Below are positions 1 to 14,247 of a stretch of DNA of 64,000 nt, piece by piece. Position numbers and translations under genes: made by a program. Every line of letters starts with the position of its first letter. The first letter of the stretch is position 1. This DNA comes from Octopus vulgaris (lineage: Eukaryota): positions 17,608,001 through 17,672,000 of the forward strand of contig OX597825.1 in NCBI GenBank assembly GCA_951406725.2. The letters run 5' to 3'. The notes beneath the pieces were generated by a model, which saw nothing but the letters and a program-made list of their open reading frames with translations, searched no databases and was not told the origin of the DNA.

Positions 1-135
1 TAGAAATAGATAGACAGATAGAAAGTCAGATAGATAGAGAGACAAATAGATATATAGACAGATAAATAGATATATAGATAGACACACAGACATAGATTGA
101 TAGGTAGATTGGCACACATACACAGACAGACAGAC

Positions 136-227
<92 letters not shown>

Positions 228-255
228 GGACGGACGGATGGATAGATAGATAGAA
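1..255. repeat. (GATA)n/(GACA)n compound microsatellite
   Basis: Direct reading; pure (GATA)n core about 136-227. Confidence 0.95.
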
Positions 256-333
256 ATATTTTATACTCACACACATACACACGGAACATGCATATACATA
301 CATATATGTGAGTGTCTGTGTGGGTGTGTGTTT

Positions 334-563
334 GTATATGGAGGTGGTGGCTTAGTGGTAAAGTTATTCAGCTCACGTTCCTAAGGTAGTAACTTATATA
401 TGCGCACGCGCGCACACACTGAGTCACGCACACAGACATATATATATATATATATATATGTCTGTGTGCGTGACTCAGTGTGTGCGCGCGTGCGCATATA
501 TAAGTTACTACCTTAGGAACGTGAGCTGAATAACTTTACCACTAAGCCACCACCTCCATATAC
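334..563. repeat. Perfect 230-bp palindrome centred on (AT)11
   Basis: 334-437 is the exact reverse complement of 460-563; centre (AT)11 at 438-459. The arm carries a tRNA-SINE-like head fragment (GGAGGTGGTGGCTTAGTGGT, A-box-like). Confidence 0.95.
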
Positions 564-3313
564 GCACACAGACATATATATATATATATATATATGCATG
601 CACGCGTGCGTGCGTGTTTGTCTGTGTATGGTATGTGTGTATATGCATGTAAACATAATTTTGAGGTTTTTAATCTGAACTAAACCAAACATATTTTGCT
701 CGTTTTCTGTTTCGAAAGAGCAGGGATACAGAATTGTAAAACGCTATTAATTCTCAGCAGCACTTGTGGTGAAATAGGAACCGTAGCTATTTAGCTGAAG
801 TTTGTTACTGGTGTATGCAAGCTAATATATTAATGAAAATAGGCAGTATCAAAAGTCTTCGAATTAAATATCATAAACCAACACATTCATATTTATCTTA
901 GGACCATGAAAGCATTTAATTAAAAGATGCTTTCTTAATGTTATCTTATTGCCTACCGGTTTATATAATCACAAGTAAGAAGCAATTTTGTGAACTAGGT
1001 CAGTCTAGTTTCATTATTAGTTGAAACAACGTTTTCTTTCTCGCTTTGCGAATTGTATTCTTATTCCTTAAATATAATTGATCACAAGATGATATTTCCT
1101 AGATTAGGTTATCTCAAACTCTTGGCATATATAGTGCTTCTTAGATTAGAAGATTTTCGGAAGCGAACAGACGTTTGAAAGATTTGTTATAGCTACGTTT
1201 AAAAAAACAATGATATTAAACGAAAGCTATGTTATTCTAGTTGAAATATTTATTTATAAGACGAAATTTTATGATTGAAACCTTATGAAAACAATGACGT
1301 ATATGAGTCCTCCTCCGACTAGTGTGTATCTTAACAATTTCAATTATGAATGCTTTCATAAGAGCAGTGAGCTTACGTACCAACTCTATTATTTATTGTT
1401 ATTGAACAGCGAAATATTTCTACCACATATATATGTAGATTTAAACTGCTTTCAAAACTTTCGCACTTATAATGAGGCATTTCATTAATGATATATTGCA
1501 AAGAGTTGTTTTTTCCTCATGTAATTTTACTTTACAATATCTATTTGCTGTTTCGTTCCCACCCCTAAAAGATCACATCAAATTTTTCAGTCTACAAAAC
1601 GCATTGAACCCAAATCTAGATTCATTTTCTATAGAAAATTATTGAAATTAATTTATTTTTGCAAAGATTTAGCATTTTTACACTTCGGGGAATTTTGTTT
1701 TTCGAGGGAAAGAGAATATAAACTTACTAAAAGACACGTGATGTAATCCTTAGCTAAGGTGTCATGCAAGATAATTAGTTTAAAGTGAGGTGCGTCTACC
1801 TGTACTTCGAAGTATCTTACACCGGTACTTTACATAATTAATAGCAAGGAAGTAGATATATTCCCAGAATATGAGAAACATCAAATAAAATTAACCAGGT
1901 TTTTACGGATTTCATGAAATATCATGAAGATGCAGTCGAGGACCTAGTAATTGATTTGTGGGAATCAATCGATTATAGTGTATGTTTAAGGTTTTGACTA
2001 AACAAAATTTACTTGTTTTACATCACCGTTTCTTACAGATACTAAATTATTCTGTCTTAACACATGCTTTCCTTGGAGTTTTAAAATTCGAATCAGTTGT
2101 CTTTAAATGTCATTTTTGCACATATCACTTAATCATTTTAACCGGAGTTTAATTACTATTAACGTATTATCTTTCCACATAAACACTTTTGTACTTGATT
2201 CCTTTATATCACCATTCAGGGGAAAAACCGGTTGGCAATTAAGGTGTCATCGTATTATCTTTTCCTAACGTCAATTTGTTTATATTCTGTTCATGTTGCT
2301 TTTGAAGGTGAAAATATTTCAGGCTCAACTACAGTAACACCTCTCTTGTACATGACACTTGATATCTGCCCATTAGCAGCTGACTAATTAATTTTTAAAC
2401 ATTTATACATTGGGGAAATAAATAAATGAGAATTATTGATTATAAAACTATTTAACTTACTCAAAACATCTTCACATAAATATTGTTCATTATTTTTAAC
2501 AACCACTTCATATTTTTATTGGTGCTTAAGGGGAGAGCGATTGAAAAGCTCCTCATATATACATACGACGTGTACTTCCAAAATGCTCCATTTCAGGAGA
2601 AATTTACTGAAATTATTATGCTTCCATGAATCTAAGTATATATTTAGAAAGAATATACTACGAGAATTATGTAAATTACTCTAAATCTGCTTGTGTTACT
2701 CCCTCGAGATTTATACTGAATAACCTCTAGACTCTTCTCCCCCAGTACGCATGACTTTTTATTCGCATAATTTGTGTCTATAGCATCAGACTGACTGATG
2801 GATGAGTGCATCACACTGACTTTTGGCAATAAGGCGAATAGAGTAAAATGAAACGAAAGGGAGATTAGAGTGTACTAGCGGAAACATATTGTATATATAT
2901 TTATATGTGTACATATATTTTATCCAAGAGCGCGGAAAATTCTATGACAGTGAAACAAATGATTTTACATAGGAGAGTGTGAGTGAGTGAGTGAGTGAGT
3001 GAGTTAATGAGTGAGTAAATGTCTGAATGAGTGATTGAATGTGTACAAGTGAGTATGTGCACCTTCGCTGATTTAACAGTATATTTATGTATACTCTTAC
3101 TGTTAGTAATTAAATGATGTTATCAACTTCTGTTGATTCGGTCATTTATAAAAACACAAATAAGTTTTCGAATTAAAAATGTTTCTTTGCATTCAGCCAC
3201 ATAGCTCGGTACTCATACATTTTTTTCGAAACCCTGCCTGGAATGTACTAATTGCTGGTCCGGAATATCAAATTCCATCAACTCTATTTGAAAATGCACC
3301 TGTTTAAACACTC

Positions 3314-4251
3314 ACTTACCGGAGATATACATATTACTGTGCGCTGTACAGAATCGCAATACAAACACATCTTATTGAGAATTATTCTGAGATATGTAAA
3401 ACTTAACAAATTAAAATAGAATATTCCCTGTCATTCTATAGTAATATAAGCATATTAAAGATATTTAGAAAATTCCTACCTACTTACATAAATATTTAAT
3501 TTATATTTGAGTTAAACATATAAAAAGTGATGACATAAAAGTTTACCCAGGTATTTTGATGATCAATTGTATTATTAACCTCGTTATTTTGCTTATTTTG
3601 TAACTCAATATCATATATAGGCGCAGGAGTGGCTGTGTGGTAAGTAGCTTGTTTACCAACCACATGGTTCCGGGTTCAGTCCCACTGCGTGGTACCTTGG
3701 GCAAGTATCTTCTACTATAGCCTCGGGCCGACCAAAGCCTTGTGAGTGGATTTGGAAGACGGAAACTGAAAGAAGCCCGTCGTATGTATATATGTATATA
3801 TATGTATGTTTGTGTGTGTGTCTGTGTTTATCCCCTCCCAACATCGCTTGACAACCGATGCTGATGTGTTTATGTCCCCGTTACTAGCGGTTCGGCAAAG
3901 AGACCGATAGAATAAGTACTGGGCTTACAAAAGAATAAGACCCGGGGTCGAGTTGCTCGATTAAAGGCGCTGCTCCAGTATGGCCGCAGTCAAATGACTG
4001 AAACAAGTAAAAGAGTAAAAGAGTAAAAGAGTAAAGGAATTTTGGGATACATCTCCATCCAAGAATTGTCCGTAACAATGAGAACGAAAATAGTGGTAGT
4101 GGAGGACTGTAAGTAGTTAGGAATTTTCTAAATATGTTTAATATTCTATTTTAATTTGCTAATTTTTACGTATCTCAGAATAATTCTCAATAAAATGTGT
4201 TCGTATTGCGATTCTGTACTGCGCACAGTAATATGTGTAACTCCGGTAAGT
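3314..4251. mobile_element. Fold-back/MITE-like element with long imperfect inverted arms (3314-3488 and 4108-4251), interrupted by a SINE
   Basis: acttaccggagatatacatattactgtgcgc...aattcctacctacttaca pairs with tgtaagtagttaggaatt...gcgcacagtaatatgtgtaactccggtaagt; the right arm lacks about 31 bp. Confidence 0.8.
3620..4035 (+). mobile_element. tRNA-derived SINE, family A (CORE-like), full length
   Basis: Head GGCGCAGGAGTGGCTGTGTGGT (A box) and GGTTCAGTCCC (B box); CORE-like CCTTGGGCAAGT; internal TA/TG microsatellite; (GTAAAAGA)n tail; many similar copies in the window. Confidence 0.92.
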
Positions 4252-5796
4252 TACACCTTCACACCTGTGACAAAGTACTACACAACCAGTTAACCTCCCT
4301 GAGAGAAATAACTATTGAACGAGGAGGCCCCCAGCGATATCTCTAATCTACGACTGTTACTCGTGAAATATTCCTCCTCAAACCTCAAGTTGGCGTCGAA
4401 AGAGAAGTAAATGTTTATTAAATAATATTGTTCTTGAAAACTTAAATAGGTGAAATCGTCAGTGCTAAATTGGTGTTGAATACACAGATCCCGTAACAGG
4501 GTTAACATGCTTCTAAAATCAATTAAAGAAAAGCAAATAATTTAACAGACCTGTTTTAAAATACTTTTACACATTTAGTCAAGACGAATAACAGAACGAA
4601 TCTATTTATAAATCACCGCAAATTCAAAATATTGAATTTGAGAATATGTTTCAAATCAGTATATGCTTTTTTAAAGTTTTGGTCATGAGATCAATAGTTT
4701 TATTTTCTTCTCTATCGGTGGACTGAATACGAGATTTGAAAAATGACTCATATACAAAATGTTACTTGTTAAAGTCGTTTGCCGGGCAAGAGAAATAACT
4801 AGAGACGACACATTTTCCAAGTGTTCCTCTGAGTTTATTTTCTAATTGCTTCTTGAAAACTATCAAAATAAGAATTTCAGGATGTCACACATTTTCATGA
4901 TGAATGATTATTTCCCTAGAGCTAATTGCAATTTAGAGAAATACACTCATTTTCTATTAACTAATTGTATTTGTTCAACATCCTGAATCCGTATTGCAAA
5001 TATTTATGACGTCAAATATGCTACAAATTCCGTAGGGGAAACCGTTCATATAAAATAAATACATATCTGGTTTGCCTGTTCCCCAGTAAATAGAAAAAAG
5101 AATAGGAAAAAAAAGATATTATAACAATAATACTAACATGGACGAATAAACATTGCATTTTACACAATACCTGGAACCTGAACTTGAAAATAAGGTTCAA
5201 GACGCAAAATCCAATATCATATAATATCAAATTCTCTGCAGCTTTAATCTAAAGTAAATTCAATTAACCCTCATCAGTTCTTTTGTTAATGGAATCCAAT
5301 CCGTTTTACATGAATTACCAACTCAATGACTTTTTACGACTATAGACTACTCATTTAATAATAATGAGTTACTTTTCCAACTTCAAAACCTGATTGTCAC
5401 GGATTCATTATCTTCCACGCCTTCTACTGTATCTGGACATTCGTGTGGTTGAGAAATTTGATACGTAGATTACAGGATTTAAAAATCATTTTAATATAAA
5501 TTCAATACATTTGCATTATGAGCTTCTCTCTTCGTTGCAAAACATTAAGTATTAATCTTATATATTTATTACATAACATATATAAACACACCATTCACCG
5601 TCTAAGAATCCATGAGTCATCAAAAAATATGCACTCAGATATTTGTCAGTAGAATGGGTATATTAATCGAAGTGCACAGTATTATATATTCAGCAAGTGG
5701 TATTATATACCCTACTGAATCTAAATTTACCTTCTATTTTACCTGTAGCGGTGGGAACTTGCTAGCCACTTTATTATTACTTTATTAATACGGCAA

Positions 5797-5899
5797 TATA
5801 TATATATATATATTATATATATATATATATATATGTCTATCTATTTATTTATACATATATATGTATATATATGTCTGTCTGTCTGTCTGTCTCTCTATT

Positions 5900-5961
<62 letters not shown>
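5797..5961. repeat. (TA)n/(TCTG)n compound microsatellite
   Basis: Direct reading. Confidence 0.9.
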
Positions 5962-7164
5962 GACAATCTTATATTAGTATTGTGATAAAGATGTTCGTGA
6001 AATTAGTCAACAGGACATTATAGTAAATGATACTGTCAAACTTTAAATCAATCAATATATTATATGCAATTTCGTACTGAATAATGATATATTTACAACA
6101 CCAAAGTGCCTATATATCGTTACTACACTAACTTTGCCTTCTATATCACATGTCTGAATGGCGTTGACATATCAATAAATATAGCCCAATTTCCGCTATT
6201 TAGCAAATACACAAATTTTGTAAAATACTATTACAAAATTGAAATGTCATATCTGAAGATGTATATTTATATTAATGTATGCTGTATTGCTTTGAGTGGC
6301 AAGATTTTTTCTTAAAATAATATAGATTAATGTAATGTATGAATATATTGCTGCTAAACTGTATATAAAGTGTGTCCGGATAGAATGAATATACTGAAGC
6401 ATAGACGAAGAACCCACTATATGTATTGTGATGATTAAGATTATCTAGAGATCCAGAATTAATAACATTTAACAAGGTGTTACTCGTCTATGGGATTTAA
6501 CACAGTATTTGGATTTACAGATGAATTCTAGGTTTTCTTGTTTTATTTTCCTGTAGACATGTCCATCATAAATGACGCTGATACGAAGTACCATTAACTT
6601 ACAGCTTATAATTTCTTCATTACGGCGTGAATAAATAGCAGTTTTGTTGGATCCTATATGAAGAATTAATCATATCTATACGCGGATAATTTTCTAAAAG
6701 TTGTTAAAAATATCGCAAAACACACAAATGTTTTCCTGTATCATCTTATTTATTATAGTCAGATTTCTAATCATGGTAATGTCAGCCTTAGATATTGTTT
6801 CTCCAGTATAGATAAAAAAACTACAAGCCAAATATATTTCAAACGTTAATAAATAAGTAGTTGTACTATGCAAGAAGATGCTTCTATCATACAGGGTTAT
6901 GTTAAAATCTTACATATGACTATAGTTAATCCTATCACTTTATAAAGTCAAGAGAACAGCCAGCATCCATTCGTGAAAATATATGTCATTCAGGGCCATC
7001 GAATCGTCTTTTAGTAGTAGCTGTGTCTAAGAGTCAAAGCGCTATACTTTGATTGAGAGAGTAGAATTTCGTCTGAGGGATATGTAAATAATATTTCTCC
7101 TACATAGAACAAATTCGCAGAAAATCTTTCCGTTTTTGAACCGTATCTCATGTGCTATTATCTT

Positions 7165-7445
7165 AGCACAGGTCTGCCATGAGCTCAATGTAACTTAATG
7201 ACGATGCTTACTACAGTTTCCGTGTTGCATACGTGACTCATATTACAACACTTACACCTGGACAGGATGCCAGTCTTTCACAGTGTTAACTCTCCAGTTA
7301 TTGCCAAACCTCAATTACAGCTGAATAAACTAGAGCAATGTAAATTGAAGAGTTTTGATTCAACAAAACAGCGCGCGAACCATCCAGAAGTCGAAAGAAA
7401 AATCTTGCAATTTCGAGTTTGACACCCTAACCACAACGAACCGCA
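7165..7445 (-). mobile_element. Old, diverged SINE with Meta-like and CORE-like segments
   Basis: Reverse complement contains GACTGGCATCCTGTCCAGG (shared with family B copies), a CORE-like block and a tRNA-like head (GTGGTTAGGGTGTC). Confidence 0.55.
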
Positions 7446-7542
7446 AAATCACGTTTAATCATATTGATTAAACGTTATAAAATACCATAGCGGCAAACAG
7501 AAAAATTGATATTTTGAATGAAAAAGGAATTAATAATTTCAA

Positions 7543-7588
7543 ACATGAATACTGAACCTGATATGACATGAATACTGAACCTGATATG
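7543..7588. repeat. Exact 23-bp tandem duplication
   Basis: acatgaatactgaacctgatatg x2. Confidence 0.9.
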
Positions 7589-7894
7589 ATAAATTTCTAG
7601 ACTGCTACCATTCGAAGATTTGTTTAGCTTTTCAAAACGTCAGAAAAATATTTAATGAGAAGATAAAAGATAAAGATAACAATCAAGATACTTATAAAAT
7701 TTAACTGATTCGCGCTTTTCTTTCGAAACATAATAGAAAGATACGAGTCCTCTGGGTATTTGTATCTCTTGTGAGTTGATTGAAAAATCAAAAGAAAATG
7801 TCGAGTAAGAATACATATATATTTTTTTTTGTTCAGGTAAGAAACCAAAATTTAAAAATCAGCACAAAAAACATTTGGTTATTGTATGCACGTG

Positions 7895-7917
7895 CATATA
7901 TATAAATGTAAATATAA

Positions 7918-7996
<79 letters not shown>

Positions 7997-8314
7997 GATA
8001 TACATATACATATATACACATATATATATACATATGTATACACATATATATACCTACATATGTATATACACACACACATATATAAATATACATATACATA
8101 CAAATACACAAATATATATATATATACATATGTCTATATATATATATATATATTTACGTATATATATATGTGCGTGCGTGTGTATGTATATATATATATA
8201 TATGTATATATACACATATATATATATATAAATATAAATACATATATGTAGGTGTAAATATATATATATGTATTTATGTATATATATATGTGTATGTATA
8301 CATATACATATACA

Positions 8315-8360
<46 letters not shown>
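7895..8360. repeat. (TA)n/(CA)n compound low-complexity tract
   Basis: Direct reading; source of several spurious YI-repeat ORFs. Confidence 0.92.
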
Positions 8361-9230
8361 TACATATTGATGTTTGTTCTTATGTTGATGTTGAGTTGTA
8401 ACTAACAGAACTCGTATTAAACTAATGAATTATAGAATATATTTTGTAGAACACATATTGCTGTCTTACAAGAAATGTGCGAGTGACTTCGAAGTATCGG
8501 CATGCTAATTCAATGAAATCTCATGTAAATCTATCACTCACTCACTCACTCCTTCAATAGCTCAATCAATCGATATATACTTAGCTATATGTATATATGT
8601 GTGTGAGTGTGTGTGTGTGCGTGTATATGTGTGCATGGGTGTTTGTGCGTGTGTATATATATTACTTTTGTGTTTCCGTTATCCGGCAACTTTCATATAT
8701 AAATGTACATATGTATATAGGATTATGAACACATATATACGTGTACATCTATGCATGTGTGTATATATATATATATGTATGTGTGTGTGTAGTGTGGCTG
8801 TGTGTATGTGTGTATTTTGCAGTAAGGTGATATCCGCCTACATTGCATAGAATCTTCTGCAGAAATTGAACTGTATTTGAAGAGTACGAAAATCATATTA
8901 GCGTTACTAGGTAGTTGAATAAAAGTAACCTGAATAAAAACTTTGCAGTATTTCCATGAGTCGGCATTGCCAGAATCCGTGGTACGCTGATTTTTTGTGC
9001 TGGTAAAATTGTGTCCGTCATATTCCGTCAATTTTATAACAATCCGTTAAACAAGGTCGTGGGATTTTACTGGGCCAAACTTTTACACATCGTCGAAACA
9101 GACGAAAAATCACTTTTGCATAACTTTCCAATAATTTATAATTACATGTAAGTGGTAGGTTTCTGTGTTTACTCTTAATTCTAACTAGAAGCATTCGCTT
9201 TATACACAGACCCTTACAGATTTCTATATA

Positions 9231-9235
<5 letters not shown>

Positions 9236-9301
<66 letters not shown>

Positions 9302-9404
9302 TATATCTTTATATTTTCTATTTATATATTTATATATCTATGTACATATGTATCTATACAGATATATGTATATATCATCTCTCTCTCTCTCTATATATAT
9401 ATAT

Positions 9405-9474
<70 letters not shown>

Positions 9475-9588
9475 TATAAGTATCCGTATATACACACAGA
9501 GAAAATCATATTATATATGCAAACGCATATATAATACACGATCAAACTTATATTTAAAGAGCGCGCGCGAGAGACAGAGTGAGAGAGA

Positions 9589-9634
<46 letters not shown>

Positions 9635-9655
9635 GAGGGAGAGAGAGAGAGTGAG
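9236..9655. repeat. (TA)n, (CT)n and (GA)n microsatellite cluster
   Basis: Direct reading. Confidence 0.9.
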
Positions 9656-10439
9656 AAAGTATGAGAACGTGTGTTTGCTACGAAAGAGGAGAGAGACCGT
9701 TTTGGTGTAACATAAATCAAAGGAATTGTTAACTTTGTTTTTCGCTACCACCCAAATAAACGCATAGAAAACTATGTGTACACACGCATATCCACACACA
9801 AGACCACGCGCACGCATGCACACATACACATATACATCTAATAGAATACGGAAACTTGATAGTAATGCATTTATTCATGACACCTTGTGTTTATATAAAG
9901 TGTTTATATATATCTTTAGTTTGTATACATACACACATACGTGTGTTGGTATATATATATATGGGTGTATATGTTTATATATATCATATTTGTATACATA
10001 TATTTATATATATATACATATATATATATATGTATATATATATTTATATATATATACGCAGACAAACAAACACACATACATATTCACACACGCGCATATA
10101 TATATATATATACATATGTAAGTACATCTTTATAAAGTAAGTTAATATTTTTTGAGTTTGCATCAATACTCGCTTAAATCAGGTGATTTGCTGCGAGGTG
10201 TTTCACAAAACGTGATTAATAACTTTATGCTTTCTCCCATGTCTCTTCGCGTTTGATGTTTTCTTACTTTTTAATACTTTTCAAAGTATATAATAGAGAA
10301 AAGTGTTAAACACTTTGAAGTAGTCCGTGGAACCTACCTTTAAACTTCTCTGTTATCATTTCCTTTTACGAATATGATGAAAAAAATAAAATAAAATAAA
10401 ATAAAATAAATAAAATAAATGCCACTGGTTAATAACATC

Positions 10440-11195
<756 letters not shown>

Positions 11196-11808
11196 CGTTC
11201 TTATTAGAAATGTATAATCGAGAATAAGTATGAAGCTAATATTGTAAAGAACATGAATAACAACAACATCAACAACAGTTTTCTTTGAACCCTCGAAACT
11301 ATTTAAGTTTATAAAATAAGTTTGAGTACAGAATATAATAAGATATTTATATAAAAATGCGTGAAATAATAATTATATCCAAAGAATATTTTTTTTTTAA
11401 ATCATTTAAGAATATCACTAAAATAGAAGAAAAAACTAATAAGAAAAGAACAGTTTATAAATCATTAAACAGAATAAAACGAGAAAAACACGATGGTTAA
11501 ACGTAAGGTAATCAGAACGAACGTCGGACTTACGGATATTGGTTTAAGATATATTATTTATCATTTGTTATTTCGCTGTTGTATTTTGGTCACTTTCAAA
11601 GAGCCTGTCCTTAAGGTAACTATATATAATAAATCAATAACAGTTTTGTCTGCAACTGAAGATGGCGTTTTCTTCTTATTTACGTATCTCAATAATATCC
11701 AACTATATTATGGAAGTTTTTGACTGATCAGTATAATACAAACTAATGTATAGGCTGTTTTCTCCCGGAAATTTCTTGAAGCAACTAAAATCCATTGAAA
11801 ATACTGCG

Positions 11809-13337
11809 ATGTTTTCCAATATTTTCGTTTCCTTGTACTTTGTGGATTCTTATGTCCTAAGGTTGATTCTGTTTTCCATTATTTTGATAAAATATGTAAG
11901 AAACTTGTGTTTTAAATGCTTATTGCTCACACATTGTGCTTTGTTGCCTAAATTGTAAATAATATTTTAATAAGAAATGGTTTCCTTCGTATACTATTAG
12001 AGAAAAGACTAAACAGATGCATTTACTTCTGGCAACATAGGTGCTGTCTCAAAAAAATATAGAACGACATGTTGTTGGTGGTACATTATTAAAAATCTAA
12101 CGTGTTATTTTCTTCAGTTCCAGTACTAGCCTGGAGCAGGTATGAATGTCTTAAAAGGCGTTCGGTGAGAATCTCATAAATTTCATGCTAAAGTGTATTT
12201 TAAAATATCGTCTCTATTGAAGAGTTATTTAGCTGTAGATTCTGGTAGATATTTTCTCTCGATGCTTCGTCTCAAAAATTTTAATATTGTATCTAGACGT
12301 ATACACATCAACACTTGTCAAGCTGTGGTGGCATCAAACGGAGGCGCAAAGACCCACACAAACACGTATATATATATATATATATACAATGCACTGTATA
12401 TTCTATTAAGAAAATAATCACTTTATAGATTTAATTTGTTATCTATCTATAGGCGCAGGAGTGGAAGGGTAGCTTGCTTTCCAACCACATGGTTTCGGGT
12501 TCATTCCCACTGCGTGGCACCGTGGGCAAGTGCCTTCCAGTATAGCCTCGGAACGATCAAAGCCTTGTAAGTGGATTTGGATGTTTTCCAATATTTTCGT
12601 TTCCTTGTACTTTGTGGATTCTTATGTCCTAAGGTTGATTCTGTTTTCCATTATTTTGATAAAATATGTAAGAAACTTGTGTTTTAAATGCTTATTGCTC
12701 ACACATTGTGCTTTGTTGCCTAAATTGTAAATAATATTTTAATAAGAAATGGTTTCCTTCGTATACTATTAGAGAAAAGACTAAACAGATGCATTTACTT
12801 CTGGCAACATAGGTGCTGTCTCAAAAAAATATAGAACGACATGTTGTTGGTGGTACATTATTAAAAATCTAACGTGTTGTTTTCTTCAGTTCCAGTACTG
12901 GCCTGGAGCAGGTATGAATGTCTTAAAAGGCGTTCGGTGAGAATCTCATAAATTTCATGCTAAAGTGTATTTTAAAATATCGTCTCTATTGAAGAGTTAT
13001 TTAGCTGTAGATTCTGGTAGATATTTTCTCTCGATACTTCGTCTCAAAAATTTTAATATTGTATCTAGACGTATACACATCAACACTGTGGTGGCATCAA
13101 ACGGAGGCGCAAAGACCCACACAAACACGTATATATATATATACAATGCACTGTATATTCTATTAAGAAAATAATCACTTTATAGATTTAATTTGTTATC
13201 TATCTATAGGCGCAGGAGTGGAAGGGTAGCTTGCTTTCCAACCACATGGTTTCGGGTTCATTCCCACTGCGTGGCACCGTGGGCAAGTGCCTTCCAGTAT
13301 AGCCTCGGAACGACCAAAGCCTTGTAAGTGGATTTGG
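11809..13337. repeat. Tandem duplication, units 11809-12580 (772 bp) and 12581-13337 (757 bp)
   Basis: Units are colinear and differ by 4 substitutions that I could see, a 9-bp indel and a 6-bp TA-length change; the breakpoint falls inside a family A SINE. Confidence 0.95.
12452..12580 (+). mobile_element. SINE family A, 5' part only (cut by the duplication breakpoint)
   Basis: GGCGCAGGAGTGG head to GTGGATTTGG, then abrupt switch to duplicated unique sequence. Confidence 0.9.
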
Positions 13338-13391
13338 TAGACGGAAACTGAAAAGCAGCCCGTCGTATATATGTATATATATATATATGCG

Positions 13392-13426
<35 letters not shown>

Positions 13427-13640
13427 GTGTGTATATTTGTGTGTGTCTGTGATTATCCTCCCCAACATCGCTTGACGACCGATGTTGGTGTGTTTGCTTC
13501 CCTGTAACTTAGCTGTTCGGCAAAAGAGACCGATAGTATTAGGCTTATAAAATTAAGTCCTGGAATCGAATTACTCGACTAAAGGTGGTGCTCCAGCATG
13601 GCCGCGGTGAAATGACTGAAACAAGTAAAGCAGTAAAAGA
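13209..13640 (+). mobile_element. SINE family A, full length
   Basis: Colinear with 3620-4035 including the internal microsatellite and the ATGACTGAAACAAGTAAA tail. Confidence 0.92.
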
Positions 13641-13794
13641 GGATATATATATCATGAGCGTCTTTCAGTGTTCGTCTCCCAGATCTGCCCTACTTGTCAC
13701 GATGAGGAACTGAACGAAGTACTGTATGAAACGGAACCAAAATTAGAAGCACAGAACCACGCCTGTGTCTACGTATACACATCAATTTGTGCGC

Positions 13795-13809
13795 ATATAT
13801 ATACATACA

Positions 13810-13841
<32 letters not shown>

Positions 13842-14006
13842 CATATATATATAGAGAGAGAAAGGGGAGAGAGAGGGAGAGAGAGGGAGAGCGGGATTGA
13901 GTGACAGCTAGCTAGCTATAAATATATATATAGAGAGAGATAGATAGATATATAGATAGATATATAGAGAGAGATTGAGAGAGATAGAGATAGATAATTA
14001 GATAAT

Positions 14007-14095
<89 letters not shown>

Positions 14096-14247
14096 GGATG
14101 TATTAAGTATGTATGATTTGTGCATCATGTCAATGTGTGATAAATAAGGTATTGGTCTTATTGTGTATAATAAACACACAACCTCATCATCATCATCATC
14201 ACCATCACAGTCATCATCATCATCATCATCATCATCATTACCATCAT
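13795..14247. repeat. (CATA)n/(GA)n/(GATA)n/(CAT)n microsatellite cluster
   Basis: Direct reading. Confidence 0.9.

Noticed and set aside
3620-3695. tRNA-like A/B boxes (also at 36470, 51132, 54336)
   Set aside because: SINE heads continuing into SINE bodies; no complete cloverleaf, so not tRNA genes.
8860-9230. Possible Helitron-like non-autonomous element
   Set aside because: Could not identify a TC start or a hairpin plus CTRR end with confidence.
11746-13174. Duplicated 66-74 aa ORFs resembling a tandem gene pair
   Set aside because: By-product of the 0.77-kb duplication of AT-rich non-coding DNA; no recognisable protein features.
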